From: Phoronis australis
Lineage: Eukaryota; Animalia; Phoronida
Assembly (NCBI GenBank): GCA_002633005.1
Contig: NMRA01000874.1
Span: forward strand, 1 to 64,000
Reading direction: 5' to 3'
Length of the DNA stretch: 64,000 nucleotides
Shown: piece by piece, positions 1-14,500 of the stretch
Numbering within the stretch: the stretch's first letter is position 1
Layout of the letters: every line of letters begins with the position of its first letter
Translations under genes and position numbers: made by a program
Notes under the pieces: model-generated
What the model was told of the DNA's origin: nothing
Databases searched by the model: none
Seen by the model: the letters and a program-made list of their open reading frames with translations, nothing else

Positions 1-120
1 CACTGTGGGTGCATATCAACACTGTGGGTGCATATCAACACTGTGGGTGCATATCAACACTGTGGGTGCATATCAACACTGTGGGTGCATATCAACACTG
101 TGGGTGCATATCAACACTGC
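1..120. repeat. 19-bp minisatellite, ~6 copies (runs off the window start)
   Basis: CACTGTGGGTGCATATCAA repeated perfectly. Confidence 0.95.
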
Positions 121-2540
121 TGGGCTCGTATTTGGAGCTGTTCAATATCTTCTAAACATGGACTTTGCTTTTTACTGTCAAAATAATGTTATCCAATTAT
201 TTCGATTTTTTGTTATAATATACATCAAAGTTGGATGTCAATCTTCAGCCCATCATTAAGACAATTAGTCTGGTGTTATTTGATGACTGTCTAATTGTAC
301 TGGTCTTTCTCGCCTTCAGTGCTTATATTACTCCATGTCAGTGGTGAAGTTTCTTCTAATCGTAATGATAAATTTAAAAGCCAATTCCTTTTTTCAAAAT
401 TGGAATGCTCTGTTAAAATACTTTTTACCAATTTCACAGCATCTTAAGTGACGGCTGTAAACGAAAGGTGCTAAAACCGAAGTTTTCTTCCATTAATTGT
501 TGAGAAATTGGACAAATGTGTCATTTTTATGTCACGTGTTCTTAATTAAAGATGTTTTACCATATGTTGAGGATTACTTTGTGAATGTCGATTGAAGGAC
601 TTCGAGGATAAACAGAAGTACTGCGAGTATGCCGAATGATGGAAGTTTTGGATATTATAAACAGAATACCTTATACACTTTCTTTTGGCTGCTATGTGCA
701 TGCAGTATTCAGGTCTGTAAAAGGAATCAGGGATATTTAAAAGGATACCAAACCCGGGTTCGACCTATCAATAGATATTTAAAATGATTTTCCCATCCAT
801 TTCTGTCTGTGAAGTGAGTTAAATACATAATAAATGTAAGGAGAGACCTACCAAGAACCTTCCATGAGGAATCCAATGATGTCATCTCTCCATGAGTCAT
901 AATCGGGTGATTAGTGTAATTGGCCCGGCCTTGTGGCCTAAACACACCTGATGTACTGCACAAGGCCACCAACTCTTTTTTAAGAACCTTAATATCCAAT
1001 TTGTGATTAAGAGAGTTTGAATTTGTACTTGGAATTCTATATTTAATGCTTGCCAGTGGTTCATTAACATGTGACAGAACAAGGATTGGTTGAAATTACC
1101 AAAACTGGGTTTAGTATCCTTTTATTAGGGAAAGTTTAGTTATTGTATTATTTATTTGTGCAGGTGGTAGCAAAAATGTGAATTTTCACCAAAGTCAAAA
1201 AGCAAAGTTGGTTCTGGTCTGTACCCCAGCTCATTTCGATACTTGCACTCACCGACTAAAAATGCCCGTACACTTCAATTTCAGGCACAGTCTTGTTTTT
1301 TTCTAGAAAAGCTGTGCAAAGTCGGGTAACCACAGTTAAGAAGGTTTGAAACACCATTTGCCAACCAATGCATGAAAAATCCTGCAGCATTTTGCTCGTA
1401 TCGGGTGATTTTCTTTTTTGAAAAAGTGAGCAGTACAAAACACCAAACAACTGACAACCAGCTATGCTTTTTTAGCCTAATCTGTAGTCAGTCAGTTTCA
1501 TCTCTAATGCTACCACTACTACTACACTCCTTAATGTTACTGACTGGATATGCACATTTCTTTATGTTTACTGTGTATATTTAATTATTTATTATTTAGT
1601 TAACTGTCTTCAAAGTTTATGAACCAATAACAAAACTTTATGACACGGTTGGTGTTAGTTAGTGAACTATTTTCATGTTATGAGAAACTTTGTCCTGTGG
1701 AGGGATACTGTAAGAGTGGTGATTGTCATGGGTCATTTCCTCAATAATTGTTTTCTTTATCTAATAACATAATTTCAAAGTTGATCCACTCTTTCAAAAA
1801 TATCTACCAATCATTCCCAGGAAAAGTGAACATCAAAAAACCCCCGTATAATTGTCAATTTATATATTTAATACGTAAGTCAGCTGTGAACTGACATTCT
1901 GTCAAAGGCTTTACATTAGATTTTATAACTGAACCTTTTAGCGCTGGTCTCTTTATTATACACTCAAATTTGAAGTAATTTCCAAACTTGACAAAAATTG
2001 AGTTAACTTAACAAGTTTGTTAATGCTCAAGACTGGACTTCACAAGTTGGCCCGCCCTGATGAGTCACTTTACCTGCAGAGCATGGTCTGGTATAACTCC
2101 AATTGCGGTTATTTTTGTAACAGGGTAGGTTCACAACAGCTTATGGCTGCATGGTGCTTGGAAGTGAGAGCTATCTGGATGACATTTATTAACGAAGATT
2201 GAAAGATTTGACAAATGAAAACTATGCACATAATGCTAATAACAAAACAATAATGGACCGATTGAATTTATAAAATGTTTTAATTTGATAGCAGAGTCTT
2301 GAAAAACATGGACATTTTTCATGCAACTTAAGACTTATAAACATCCCACAATCAAGGGATTAAAAAGAGCTCGTGAAATGAGATCCATTTTGTATAAGAA
2401 ACCTTGAGCGACACCTCGACACAGTAGCGATGCACCAAACAAGTGGTCGATTCGGGAAGTCTCATCGTTAGACTCTGGACACAAGCTATGAGAGCCACAC
2501 GCAGAGGGCATTTCAGTATGTTTGTGATCTTGAACGTCCG

Positions 2541-5500
2541 TCACTTCTTGGCTTTACTTGCAGCGGCAGCCTGTGCAGCTTTCTTCGCTCGTATCAACTC
2601 CACCAGTTCCTAAGCAACAACAATTAATTTATGTTAATTTATGTTAATTTAAACAGAAAAAATAATCAAACCAGTATAGCACGCAACTATCAAAGTGCAT
2701 GCTTATTGAAAGTTACCATCATGTTCTTTCCAATAACCACCCTGACCTGGGCACTTGGAAAACGAGTTCTCCTGGTTTTCGGACGGCCCGTTACTTTGGG
2801 ACAAGAATAAATATTTCCAAAATTAGTTTTTCATAGTCCACGAAATTTGTACAAGGTCCAAAAACTGTTTTTTAATGGTTGGACAATAAACCTCGGATTT
2901 CTGTCCCGCAAATTTCGAACAAGGAAAATGCCAGAAACGCTAATATCGAATCGATGCAACTCATGCCGCTAAAGTGTTCAATGGATGGTTACTACTCTTA
3001 TGTGGCTTGAACCTGAGAATCGTACAACAGGATCTGATATTTTTACCTCGTCTTAAAGCAATAACTTGTATGAAGTTGGCTGAAACCGTCCTAAAGCACT
3101 ACAAGTACTGCAGTACTTATTGCCTAAATAACAGAAAACCCCTTTCAGAAATAAAAGAAACAAATTAACCATCTTACTGACAAGCAAAACAATCTATTCA
3201 GTTCTTCAAAATAATTTCCACTTGGGTCCCAGTCCTCCACACAAGCAAAACAATCTATTCAGTTCTTCAAAATAATTTCCACTTGGGTCCCAGTCCTCCA
3301 CACAAGCAAAACAATCTATTCAGTTCTTCAAAATAATTTCCACTTGGGTCCCAGTCCTCCACACAAGCAAAACAATCTATTCAGTTCTTCAAAATAATTT
3401 CCACTTGGGTCCCAGTCCTCCACACAAGCAAAACAATCTATTCAGTTCTTCAAAATAATTTCCACTTGGGTCCCAGTCCTCCACACAAGCAAAACAATCT
3501 ATTCAGTTCTTCAAAATAATTTCCACTTGGGTCCCAGTCCTCCACACAAGCAAAACAATCTATTCAGTTCTTCAAAATAATTTCCACTTGGGTCCCAGTC
3601 CTCCACACAAGTTCAGGCCTCAAAACTCATCCCCATCAACTGAACTTTTCACCCACTTCACCCACGTCACACCTGAACACCCCTCCCACTCTTAGTTAGG
3701 ATCCATAGGACCACAGTCTCCCCTCTCTACTTACCCTAGACCCCAACATGCACTCCTTGCCCCTACAGGGGCTGCACTCTATTACCTTCTCCGCTATATA
3801 GTTACTTACCTTATACCTCAACATACAGTCCTTCTTACTCCTACAGGGGATACACTCGGCTATCTTCTCCCACCTCTGTTCTGTGCTTGCCGGATACGTC
3901 TTCAAAGCCTGCTCCAGCAGTTTCTGTTCCTCAGCACTCCAGGGGGCGGGATTAGTACCCGTCTCGGCCAGTTGGGCTTCTGCAGCACCTGGCGTGGACG
4001 AGACAATTTTTTATAAAACAGCAATTTAATTACAAAAAGTCATATTTTGGAAGAACAGCATAAAATGTCGCTGTAAGTAAGACATGTATATGTAGCACGT
4101 CTTCAGTGAGAAATTTTCTTATAAAGCATGCTTAAGTTTACATTCCGTGACCAACAAAAGGCTGACCTCAATAACGCCATGAGATTGTACAAACATGTTA
4201 CATCAAAGAACGAGTTAGTGAACGCTCCTTTTGTGAAAAATTTTCATCTAGACTACTTTCCATTGTAAAGCTAATCTCAACTCCTTCCCTACTAAAGATT
4301 AGAAGTGACTAATTACTGGGTTTCATTTAAATGATGAAGATCCCTTTTGGTACTGGAAAAACAAACCTTGATATGGTAAATGTACAGTCATTTTGTCCAT
4401 ATTTTACGGACTTGAGATTCAGTTCCAAAGATCAAGCCCGTACAGAGACCCTGGACTTGATCTCTCTGCGGAGTATTCAGACCTGTTACGAGATCCGCCC
4501 CCCCCACCCCCGACATTAGGGAATCTCCGTTATTGTTTTTAGTGTTTTATTCTACAATCACAGAGGGCACATCCAGTGGTGAACCAAGTCCGTGAGATAT
4601 GTACGAAATAGCTATACACCTACTACATCAAGGTATGGTTTTCCCAGATCTTCACTAAATATTTTCAAGATTTCTGTGGTCAGAAAAAATTGACAGTTCT
4701 CTATAGCTTAAGACCATACTTGACACAATAAAACTGCCACGTCAGACAAACTCAGGGGTGGGGGGTGGGGGGTGTGAGTGAAAGCCCTGCCCCCTTTTTC
4801 CTTGTTCGCCCTTTAAATGTTGTCTTCTGCATATGAATTGTTATAAGTGTATTGTTCAACATAATAAACTAGAAAAAAGAAAGAACTGAAAGACAAAATG
4901 AAAAAAAAAAATCTGTTTTCCCCAATCTCACGAATCACTTCTAATCTGAGTAAGCAAGAATTTAAGGTCAAATTAAGGTCAATTTCATGATGGTACGTGG
5001 GCTAAATCAAAAGTTAGTTATTTGACAGTCAAGACCAATTCATAGCAGTTGGAAACTTTTGCCAATTTTTGGTCAAGATAAGAATGACTGGAAATGCCAA
5101 GAAGACTACAGAAAGATAGAGAACACCTAAACAATTTCTGAGGGCCCCCATGGAAAGCAGTGAGAACTGATGGGGCTACCCTTGTTGTAAATATTACAAT
5201 AATAAATAAAGTTTGGTCAAGCGCTTACTCATATATCGTGCACTGATATCAGAAGCATCAATGTGCCCCTTTTTCGGATTGGCTTTTGTCTGCAGCAGTT
5301 GCTCAGTCGACACTTGCTCATTGGCCGCCTTTCGTGGGTCCATCTTCTGCAAAGTCTTGGCTTTGTTCAACACCTCCTTCGCTGACCTAGAACTCTCCGG
5401 CAGGTGCTGTGTTATGAAACTGGCAATAGTTTCCCACCTAGATTGACAGGTAGTCTCTGTATTACACTGGCACACCTCCATCTTCATCACGTGGGAAAAT

Positions 5501-8500
5501 GTATTATAGTCACACGTTTACACAGTTTCAACAAAGTAAAGAGCAGAAGACAAAACTCAAGGTCACAGCAGCATGGTCTTGTGGAAAGAATGCTTACAAG
5601 GCCTTCACTGCCCACAATGCACTTTTGGGAAATCTAGTGGTATTTAAGCAAATCCATACAACAATGCAAGAAAACACACTTTTAATTTAATAAATAAACC
5701 TAGTAAGATGTGATAGAATAATTAATCAATGGACAGCCAGATGTTGCTGGTTTATTACCTGTTATTGGTGCCCGCTGGGAACAAGTTGACAGCTTTTATG
5801 AGCAGCTGTACTTCGTCTTGAGACCACTGCTTACCCCCCTTACTACTAGCGCCCTCTGCTTCTGCTGACTGTCGCTGTAAAGCCTCCATCTGTTGCCGCT
5901 TCTCTTCCTCCAGTCTCTCATTCATCAGTCTGACCTGGTGTAAAGTATTATTGGGTTCGTCATTTTGTAACTTTACATTGGATCCTCATGAGGCAAAGTT
6001 ACCAATGAGAGATGGCAATAAATGACGAGTCTCTATTACACTTGTCGATGGTAACAAGTAAAGTGTTTAAGCACACGTATGTGCGGGGATCATACTTCTA
6101 GCCTCTTAAACAGACTCCTGACCTTCTGAACCCCTTGTCATAAGGGTAGAAGAATAACTCCAACTTTTCAAATAAAGTAACATGGAGTTTGATGGTCTGG
6201 TAAGAGGAGGCAGTGTGACCTGGTTGATAAGTGCCCGCTTTCTTTACTCGAGGTCGTGGGTTCAAGTTCCAACAGGTCACACTGCTAAACCCTTGAGCCT
6301 GGTTTCTAGCTCCTCAGCTCGGTTTTAACCATATATCAATAAAGCATAAAAATATTTCCAGGTGATCAGTGCAATGGGCCCACAGGCGAGGCCTGTGCAC
6401 GTCTTGTACAACGTGCATCAGACCGCCTGCAATTATTTTATTATGATGGTCTGGTAGCGCATTCAAAGGATAGATTTTATTGTCCTACAGAATAGTCGTT
6501 CCAGTTGAAATTCATTTTATTGTCGATAAAGTGCATTGGTCACACTTTGAAAATTGAAAACAGAATGCTCTTTTCATTGCTTCATTTATTCATATTCGTA
6601 ACCTCTATTCGTAATTAGTTACTCAACAAAATTATGGTCAGTTGGAAAACATATACGAAATTCCATTGTTAAAAATTTTTTAAGGCCCATATCATACATT
6701 TAGCAACAAAATGCACTCTGTTTTTCAGCAATTGATAATTTGCAGCAACAGACTGTAAACCGTGAGTCATTCCAAAGCCTAACATTCGAACTCCACATTG
6801 TCATGGACACTGAACTTTGACTGGACAATGTCCTCACATTACAGTTTCTGAAGTGTGATTGCACATGTCACCACAGTTTCTGAAGTGTGATTGGACAATG
6901 TGCATGCATCATAACAGTTCCTGAAATATGATTGGACAATGTCCATGTCACACTTTCTGAAATGTGATTGGGCAATGTGCACACCGCCTACCTCCTCTGT
7001 AAATGCTGTTTGTGCTGCAGACTTGTCATCACCTTTCAAGTGTTCATTGAGAGATTGTAAGCTGAAAGAGAAGACAAAGGCAACCTACATTAAGAACAAT
7101 CAGAGTTGTCTCCCATGGACATAAAAAACAACCTGCTATGATCATTCAGGAAAATGTCTCATGAATAGGGTTGTCTTGAAATACACGGCCACAGAGCTCT
7201 CCTTTGTCCTGGAGATAAGAGAGCGTGTGACCTAGTTTTGGAAATCAGGCACATTTTCGTGTTTCTCACTAATGTCTTGAAGACGAAAAATTTCAGATCA
7301 CGCATCCCCATTTATCAAAATTTTTCACGTCGGAGTTGCAGCCCACAGCACAGCAGTAATACCTGTTGGCATTGGAAGGACGAACAGAGTAATGCAACCG
7401 AAACAAGAGCAACGCAGAGCGTTGAAATGCGCCCACAATTGCACCGTATACGGTATCCTTCTAGGGTTGTTTATTGGTACCGTAAAGTGGCCAGTAGAAG
7501 GCATGTATGTAGTATGTTGTACTTTTCAAAATGGAAAGGCATGGTCATTGTCTCCTCAATAGGCTAGGGGCAAAATGTGAGTGATCTTCATAATACAAGC
7601 ACATCCTATACATCAGTTGCTTAAAGCACCACAGAAACATAAAATTAAAAACAAATTTACCAACATACGAGATTAGCACAGCATTAGATTGCCAGAAACA
7701 AGTTTCTACTAGGAACTTTTCCTTCATAGTCACGAAGCAACACAAAGTATACACCTGAAGACCTATGAAAATACAGAGGTCAATGTAAAATACTTAAATT
7801 GCCACTAGAGGCATAACGGTAGTCAGAATCATCCTAAAGTCATCGTCCGTTGTCAACATCACATAAATACACTTGCTAAATTTAGTAAAGATCCTGCAAA
7901 CGGTTTGGGAGATACAGCCATGGGCGCAAAAAAAAACTGCCACTAGGAGGCGCCACAGTAATCAAAGTCATGGGAAATTCAGCGTCAACCGTCCTCTTCA
8001 TAGCAAGAACATACATGCCAATTTTCACAATCATACTTAGAGCGGTTTGGTTGACAGAGGGGTGGACGCCAAAAAACAGACTCAAAAACAATACAAATGG
8101 CCACTGGGTGTCGCAAACTAGGTCGAATCCATCTGAAAACGGGAGGATAGCGTCATCTCACTAATAGGTGTTTACATACCAAATTTCATGAAAATCCGTT
8201 AAGGACTTGTGAAGATACAGAGGTAAACGTAAAAAAATAAAATTGCCACTGGGGGGCACACTGGTAGGCCGATCCGTCCAAAAGTCGTCATCGTCTGTTG
8301 TTAATATCATATAAATACACTTATTAAATTTCGTAAAGATCCTGCGAACGGTTTAGGAGATACAGTCATAGGCGCAAAAAAAAAACAAAACTGCCACTAG
8401 GAGGCGCTTCAGTAGTCCAAATCGTCTGAAAATCATTGTCAGCTGTCTTCTTTATAGTAAGCACATACATGTCAATTTTCACAATCATCCTTTGAGCGGT

Positions 8501-11500
8501 TTGGTTGATAGAGGGGTGGACGCAAAAACACAGACTCGAAAACAGTAAAAATGGCCACTAGGTGGCGCAAACTATGTCGAATCCATCTGAAAACGGGAGG
8601 ATAGCGTCATCTCACTAATAGGTGTTTACATACCAAATTTCAAGAAAATCCATTTCGTACTTTTGAAGATACAAAGGTAAGCGTAAAAAACTAAAATTGC
8701 CACTAGGGGGCACACCGGTAGTCGGATCCGTCCGAAAGTTCGCACATGCCGTCCCATTCATGAATGGAACATATGTGCCAAATTTCATGAACATATGTCA
8801 AAGGGTTTTGGAGATAGACCAGTGGACGCCGGACGCCAGACGCCGAACGGACGCCGCCGGTACGGACGGACGGACGGAGATGACGGCATAATGCGTCCAC
8901 ATATAAATATGTGGGCGCATAAAAAAATTTACCAAATCGAAAAACAAATGACGTATGAAACCCTAGTGGCAAAAAAACGAGGCAGTAAATGTGCCTTACG
9001 GTATCGTGGGTAAATACTGCAACACAGGGGAAGAAAAATTTGACGAACAAAAGCACTGGAGTTGCAGACACACAGACACATTTCCAAGCAAGGAGAAACA
9101 AGGTTTTGAAGTTGATGACTTTACAACAACTTGAACGAGTGATGAGCAATTAAAGAGTTTATTGGTCGTAGAGGTCCATCTTACCTGGTAACAGACAACA
9201 GTTTATTGGTCGTAGAGGTCCATCTTACCTGGTAACAGACAACAGTTTATTGGTCGTAGAGGTCCATCTTACCTGGTAACAGACAACAGTTCAGCCAGTC
9301 TGTCTACCTCTTGCATACAGTTTATCCTTTCTGTTTCATCAGAGGCAAAGTAATCTAAATCCTAACCAAGAAATGTACAAGAGATTAACAAAAACTGACA
9401 AGGCCATTGGTTTAATGAATAATATGTGAAGTCATATTTAGACAAACCCATTGACTACCCTACACGTTTCAAAATACTGACACGGAAAAACGTCGATTAA
9501 CAACCAGCTTCCACTCCATGTGAACACAGTAAATATTGGGCATATCATTAGTAAAATTTACTAAAGACCTTGCTAGCTAAACTGAGACTGGAATTTTTTT
9601 ATTCCGTGTTTCTAAACCTTGTTTACATAATTCATACAATTCAATGAATTAATGAGACAGAGTGACAATCACGCTTTTAGCTTGTATTCTCTTGGTATGG
9701 AAATGAAGCCACCTAGAAGACTACCAAGCTGCAACAAACAGATATGGATATCACAGGATGATAAGTTCTCCACATGTGTTTACGCAAACAATAATTAGAA
9801 ACGAACACTTGAATGTTTATTAAGAAACACAGATGTTAGATTGTATATACAGGGCTTGGAATGACCAATGACAAAAAACGCGGAAACTTTTACGGCCCAA
9901 ATCATGCCCGATAACCAGCCTTTGAAATGGTCAATTTGAACCTTTCTGCGACAAAAATCGGGAGGACTAAAAAAAATTTAAAAAAAAAAAAAATGTTACC
10001 ACCATCAGTACATGCGTCTGCGTCCTTTTCGCTCGCCCGTCTACTCCCAACCCGCACAATTTTGGCTGCAGAGCGGTAGTATTTGTCGCCGCGCTTAACA
10101 ATAACACGAGCCGCCATTGAGAATCACACCATGCTTTACCCAGATGCCCCGGCAATGTTGACAATTTACATTCCTCCAAACATAAAGAGCAACTTCCGCT
10201 TTCCGAGTTGAACGTCGTCTGCAACGCCGCGGTAAGAAAGGAATTTGCCGCGGAAATTTCATATCAAATCCGATTTTTTTACGCGGAAATATTATAAAAA
10301 AAGCGGAAAGCACATTTCAAAAAAGCGGAAATCCGCGTTTCCGCGGAAAATTCCAAGCCCTGTATATAAGAAAGATAGATGCTATAACTTTTATTAAACT
10401 TTTCCAAACCTTCATTATCGTCCTTAAAGCTTTACGCTCCTTTTTCAACATCTTTTTCTGGGCCTCTTTCTCTTTCTTAGCGACAGCAGCCTGTGAAATT
10501 TTTCAAAGATAAACGTCACACTATAACGCTGACATAAACATGACCAAATGGTTCAGTTGAATTTCATGTTTTCTGCAGGCATAAAACTGTAGTTCCACTT
10601 CTCGACACACTGCTACTAACAGCCCTTTTACCTACTTTACACATTTAGTGAACTTTGTTACAGGAGATATGGAAGACAGTGACAATTCACTCTTTCACTT
10701 AAAATTACACCAATGAGACAATCACTAACACGTGAGTGACATCTAGTGTCAGTGACCTCGGTTACTCGGTGAATGCCACTTCTGTATAATGAGGATGCTC
10801 TTACTGCAAAAAACACTTAAGTCCTGTAGAATAAAAGAAAACATCCCAAAATACATCAAGACACACAAGTTACGTTCTGAATGTTAACAAGAAAAAACAA
10901 CTTTAACAAGTTTGTGAGTGATGACCCAAGTTTCACCTCTTGTTTTGCTTTTTCTTCTTCTTCCATTTTCTGTTTTCTTTCCGCCTCTTCTGCTTCCTTT
11001 CGCAGCTGAAACATACCAGAAAACTCGATACAGTGCCATCGCCTCATATGTCCCTACAGCGCCACCTGTCCACATGTCCCTACAGCACCACCTGCCCACA
11101 CGTCCCTACAGCGCCACCTGCTCTCCACATGTCCCTACAGCGCCATCTGCCAACACATCCCTACAGCGCCATCTGCNAGCGCCATCTGCCTACATGTCCC
11201 TTCAGCACCACCTGTACACATGTCCCTCCAACGCTACCTGTCCACATGTCCCTGCAGCACCACCTGCCCACAAGTCCCTACAGTGCTACCTGGCCACATG
11301 TCAACATTTATGAATCTCAAAGTTAATACAGTGGGAGATTTCTGTTTTGAACTACACAAACAAGTTACTGGCTTAGCCCAAAATGATGTTCACAAACGTT
11401 CGACGACAGAAATACAACTTACAATTTTCAAAAAAGTTCATTAACCCTAAATATCAATACACACTGCATGGAATCCTCAATCCTCACCCTCTCCTCTTCC

Positions 11501-14500
11501 TCGGCCTTTATCTTCGCCGCCTCCTGCCGTGCTCGTTTGTGTGCTAACTTCTTCTCTTTCTCTTCCTCTTTAAATCTCTGTATTCGAGGATCACAGGCGT
11601 ATGCATTATCTACAAGACAGACCAGAGTCAAGACTCTTTCTCATTCTCAGAAGCATGACCTCTAGCAGGATTATTGCAAAGGTTGTGTTTCGTAGATTTG
11701 AGAACTTCACGCAAACACAAGATGACGCAAGACACTACGAGATATCACCATGCATTGTGTGCTTACTTGAAGCGCATTTTACTGATTTGATCACCGGCTT
11801 TGATTTGAATTAATTCTGACAACTGAATCTGTGATTTATAATACATCATAAAAATGCAGCCGATCGTGTATTTATAGCCTAATCATAACTAATTATTTCA
11901 TGACTAATTATTTCATAACTAATTATTTCATATTTAATTATTTCATAAAGACAATAATAATGACAAAATGTGTTTTTTCAGAACAAAAACTGATTTTGTC
12001 CCTTTAAATGGTTATAATTCAAACTGTATGCAGCCATGAGATGAACTTTGACCTTTGACCTTACCCACAAGTTGTCTTATTCTTGTTGTTTCTTCCTTCT
12101 TTCGTTCCTTCCGTGCAGCTTTGTTCTGTCTTTCTATCCACTTGCGTTCTTCACGGCTAAAACAGTTTAAGCAATCTTCAGTTTTCAAAAAGTAGCAGTT
12201 TTGTTGCTATGCAATTTCATTATCCGAAACAACAGGAAATACTCAAAATTTTAAATAAATTTGATAATAGAGCGGCGAACAACGCATGAGTCAGATTCAA
12301 CCGCTCCGCAAGAATTCACCAGAATATAGTGAAATTCGACTTGATAAAAGCGTGGAGTGCACAAACTAGAACAATAACGCATAACTTTGTGCGAGTTGTG
12401 CGGAAAATCTCACTCATGAATGTCCGACTTACACAAACTTTACCATATGTGTAGATTATAGCAATTTGCAATGTAAAAACTACCAACAAGCAGAAAGCAA
12501 CTTCATGTCAGTGCATATAGAATTGAATCCTTAAAATTCCTCACTTTTCTCCTTTTTCCTTTTCCTCTTCATCCAAGTACGAGAACTCTCGCCACGAGTC
12601 AAAGTTATACCAGAAGTCATAGAACTTATTCACTTCATCGAAGGTTGCTTCATTGCCGCCAAGTTTTGGTACATTACGTTTGTTTGACCACCTATGTTTA
12701 ACAAACAACGTCTTGGATTAAAGCTGCCATGACCTTCACCTTCTGACAAAATATTCTTTTATCACTTACCACCATAACATTGGTCACAACTTCTTGTTTA
12801 GAAGTGATTTTTGAGCCCGGGAAAAACTAAATTCATTTAATGGTCCTGACACTAAAATGACGAGTTAGGCCAAGCCAACTTAGAAAGACTGGTCTCAGAC
12901 ACACCACTCCTAATCCAAGTAAGGAACAAGAAAAGGTCAATTTTATTATGGCTAGTAATTCAAATCGAAAGTTAAAAGATGCATAGTCTCATTAATTGTG
13001 AATATGCAAATAAAGTGCTAACTTACAAACAACCCTGGGTCCTCCAGTGTGCCGGAAACCATCTGAGAACAAGTTGCCATTACAATCTCGTGAAAGTCTC
13101 ATTTTGCGAGACTATTTTTGTGTAAATGAGTATGGTAATATTTCATCGTTACCCTATGAAACAAGTTCGTTTTCATTATTTGTTCATTTCACTATCAAAT
13201 AATGATTGCATAGTATTTGGAATTATTTGGATTTTTTATATGTTCACAATTGTTTTGAAGTGTATCAGTTGTGGACCAGGTGTTCTCTTTAAAACTGCAA
13301 TTTATTTACCAATATTGTTTCTTTTCCCAATTATATATGTACACACAGTTCTCCAGGAAGTCACCAGGTAGCGCTTGCTACAAATTTAAATATTCACGGT
13401 TTTAATGAGACATGGCATCTTTAAAGTTGCTATAACCTGGTGTGTCCAACAATAATTCCTCAAATGACCATATTGCCTGATATTGACCTATCATGATAAG
13501 CCTGTCATGATGACCCTTAAAGTGGAACTTGCACACCATTTCCTTATTTCTGTGATTGCTTGGTCAAATTAGTTAGAAACACAACATATAGCGACGATGT
13601 GTGTACTTTGAAAATAGCCAAATGTTTTTAAGAACGAATTTTGTGTCAAAAATTATCCATCGTAAATCACTCAACCGTGTCCGGTAAGTATCATGACGTG
13701 GTGTTGGGGAATAAGACTGCATGAATCGTGCTATGTGAGCCCCCAAGGTACGGCACTAGTGCAAAGGTCACCTATTTGCCAAATTTTTTGTTTTCACATT
13801 AACAAGTTGTCACTTGGTTTAGCATAAATGATGTTCAAATAACATTGTCATTTAGTTCCTGCTATACATTAGCATAATTAGGAGCATGCAAATACATTTT
13901 TAATGAGCTAGGTCTGAAGCAATCGTCAAGTAATTGATCATTTCTAAAACCCGAGTACAGAACAAGATGAGATTCATTTTAGAACAGTAGGAGGTCTAAG
14001 CTAGAAATTGTTACTGACAGAAAATGCGGTGTATGTCGCAATCCCTTTGTTTGGACACATCAGATGAGACTTTATTGTTTGCCTGTGAGTGGCAGCCAAC
14101 ATGTCAAAAACAAAGATGTTATTACAAGGATAAGCTTGTTGCTGACAGTAGTGCAACACAAAGTGTGCAAAGAGCAAAACAATACAATTTGAATTCCTTA
14201 TTTATTTTTGTTGAGAAATTTGACATAATTAAACGTGAAATTTCACAATTCTGTAAAGTTGTGTTCTAAATTAAAGAAGCTTTACAGAAAGAATGAATTT
14301 TTACGTCCAACAGGTGGCAGTAACAGGCAGCAGTAACAGGCAACATTAACAGGCAACAGTAGGAGAAACGTGACCCCACCTACCTGGAGTTGAGTTCAAA
14401 GGTCGGCCCAAACACCTGATAAAAGTTTTCTTTGCTGTTAGCATTGGAGGGAGGCACAGAGTTGTCAAACTCTGGGTCTATACTGTCATACGATCGCCGC

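Noticed and set aside
3180-3611. Regular repeats here and at 34641-34913 and 52064-52592 as CRISPR arrays
   Set aside because: Units are head-to-tail with no unique spacers, there are no cas genes, and the context is eukaryotic introns.
6203-6290. tRNA gene (also 61224-61310)
   Set aside because: The tRNA-like head is degenerate and continues into a shared non-tRNA body in three dispersed copies, which fits a SINE better.
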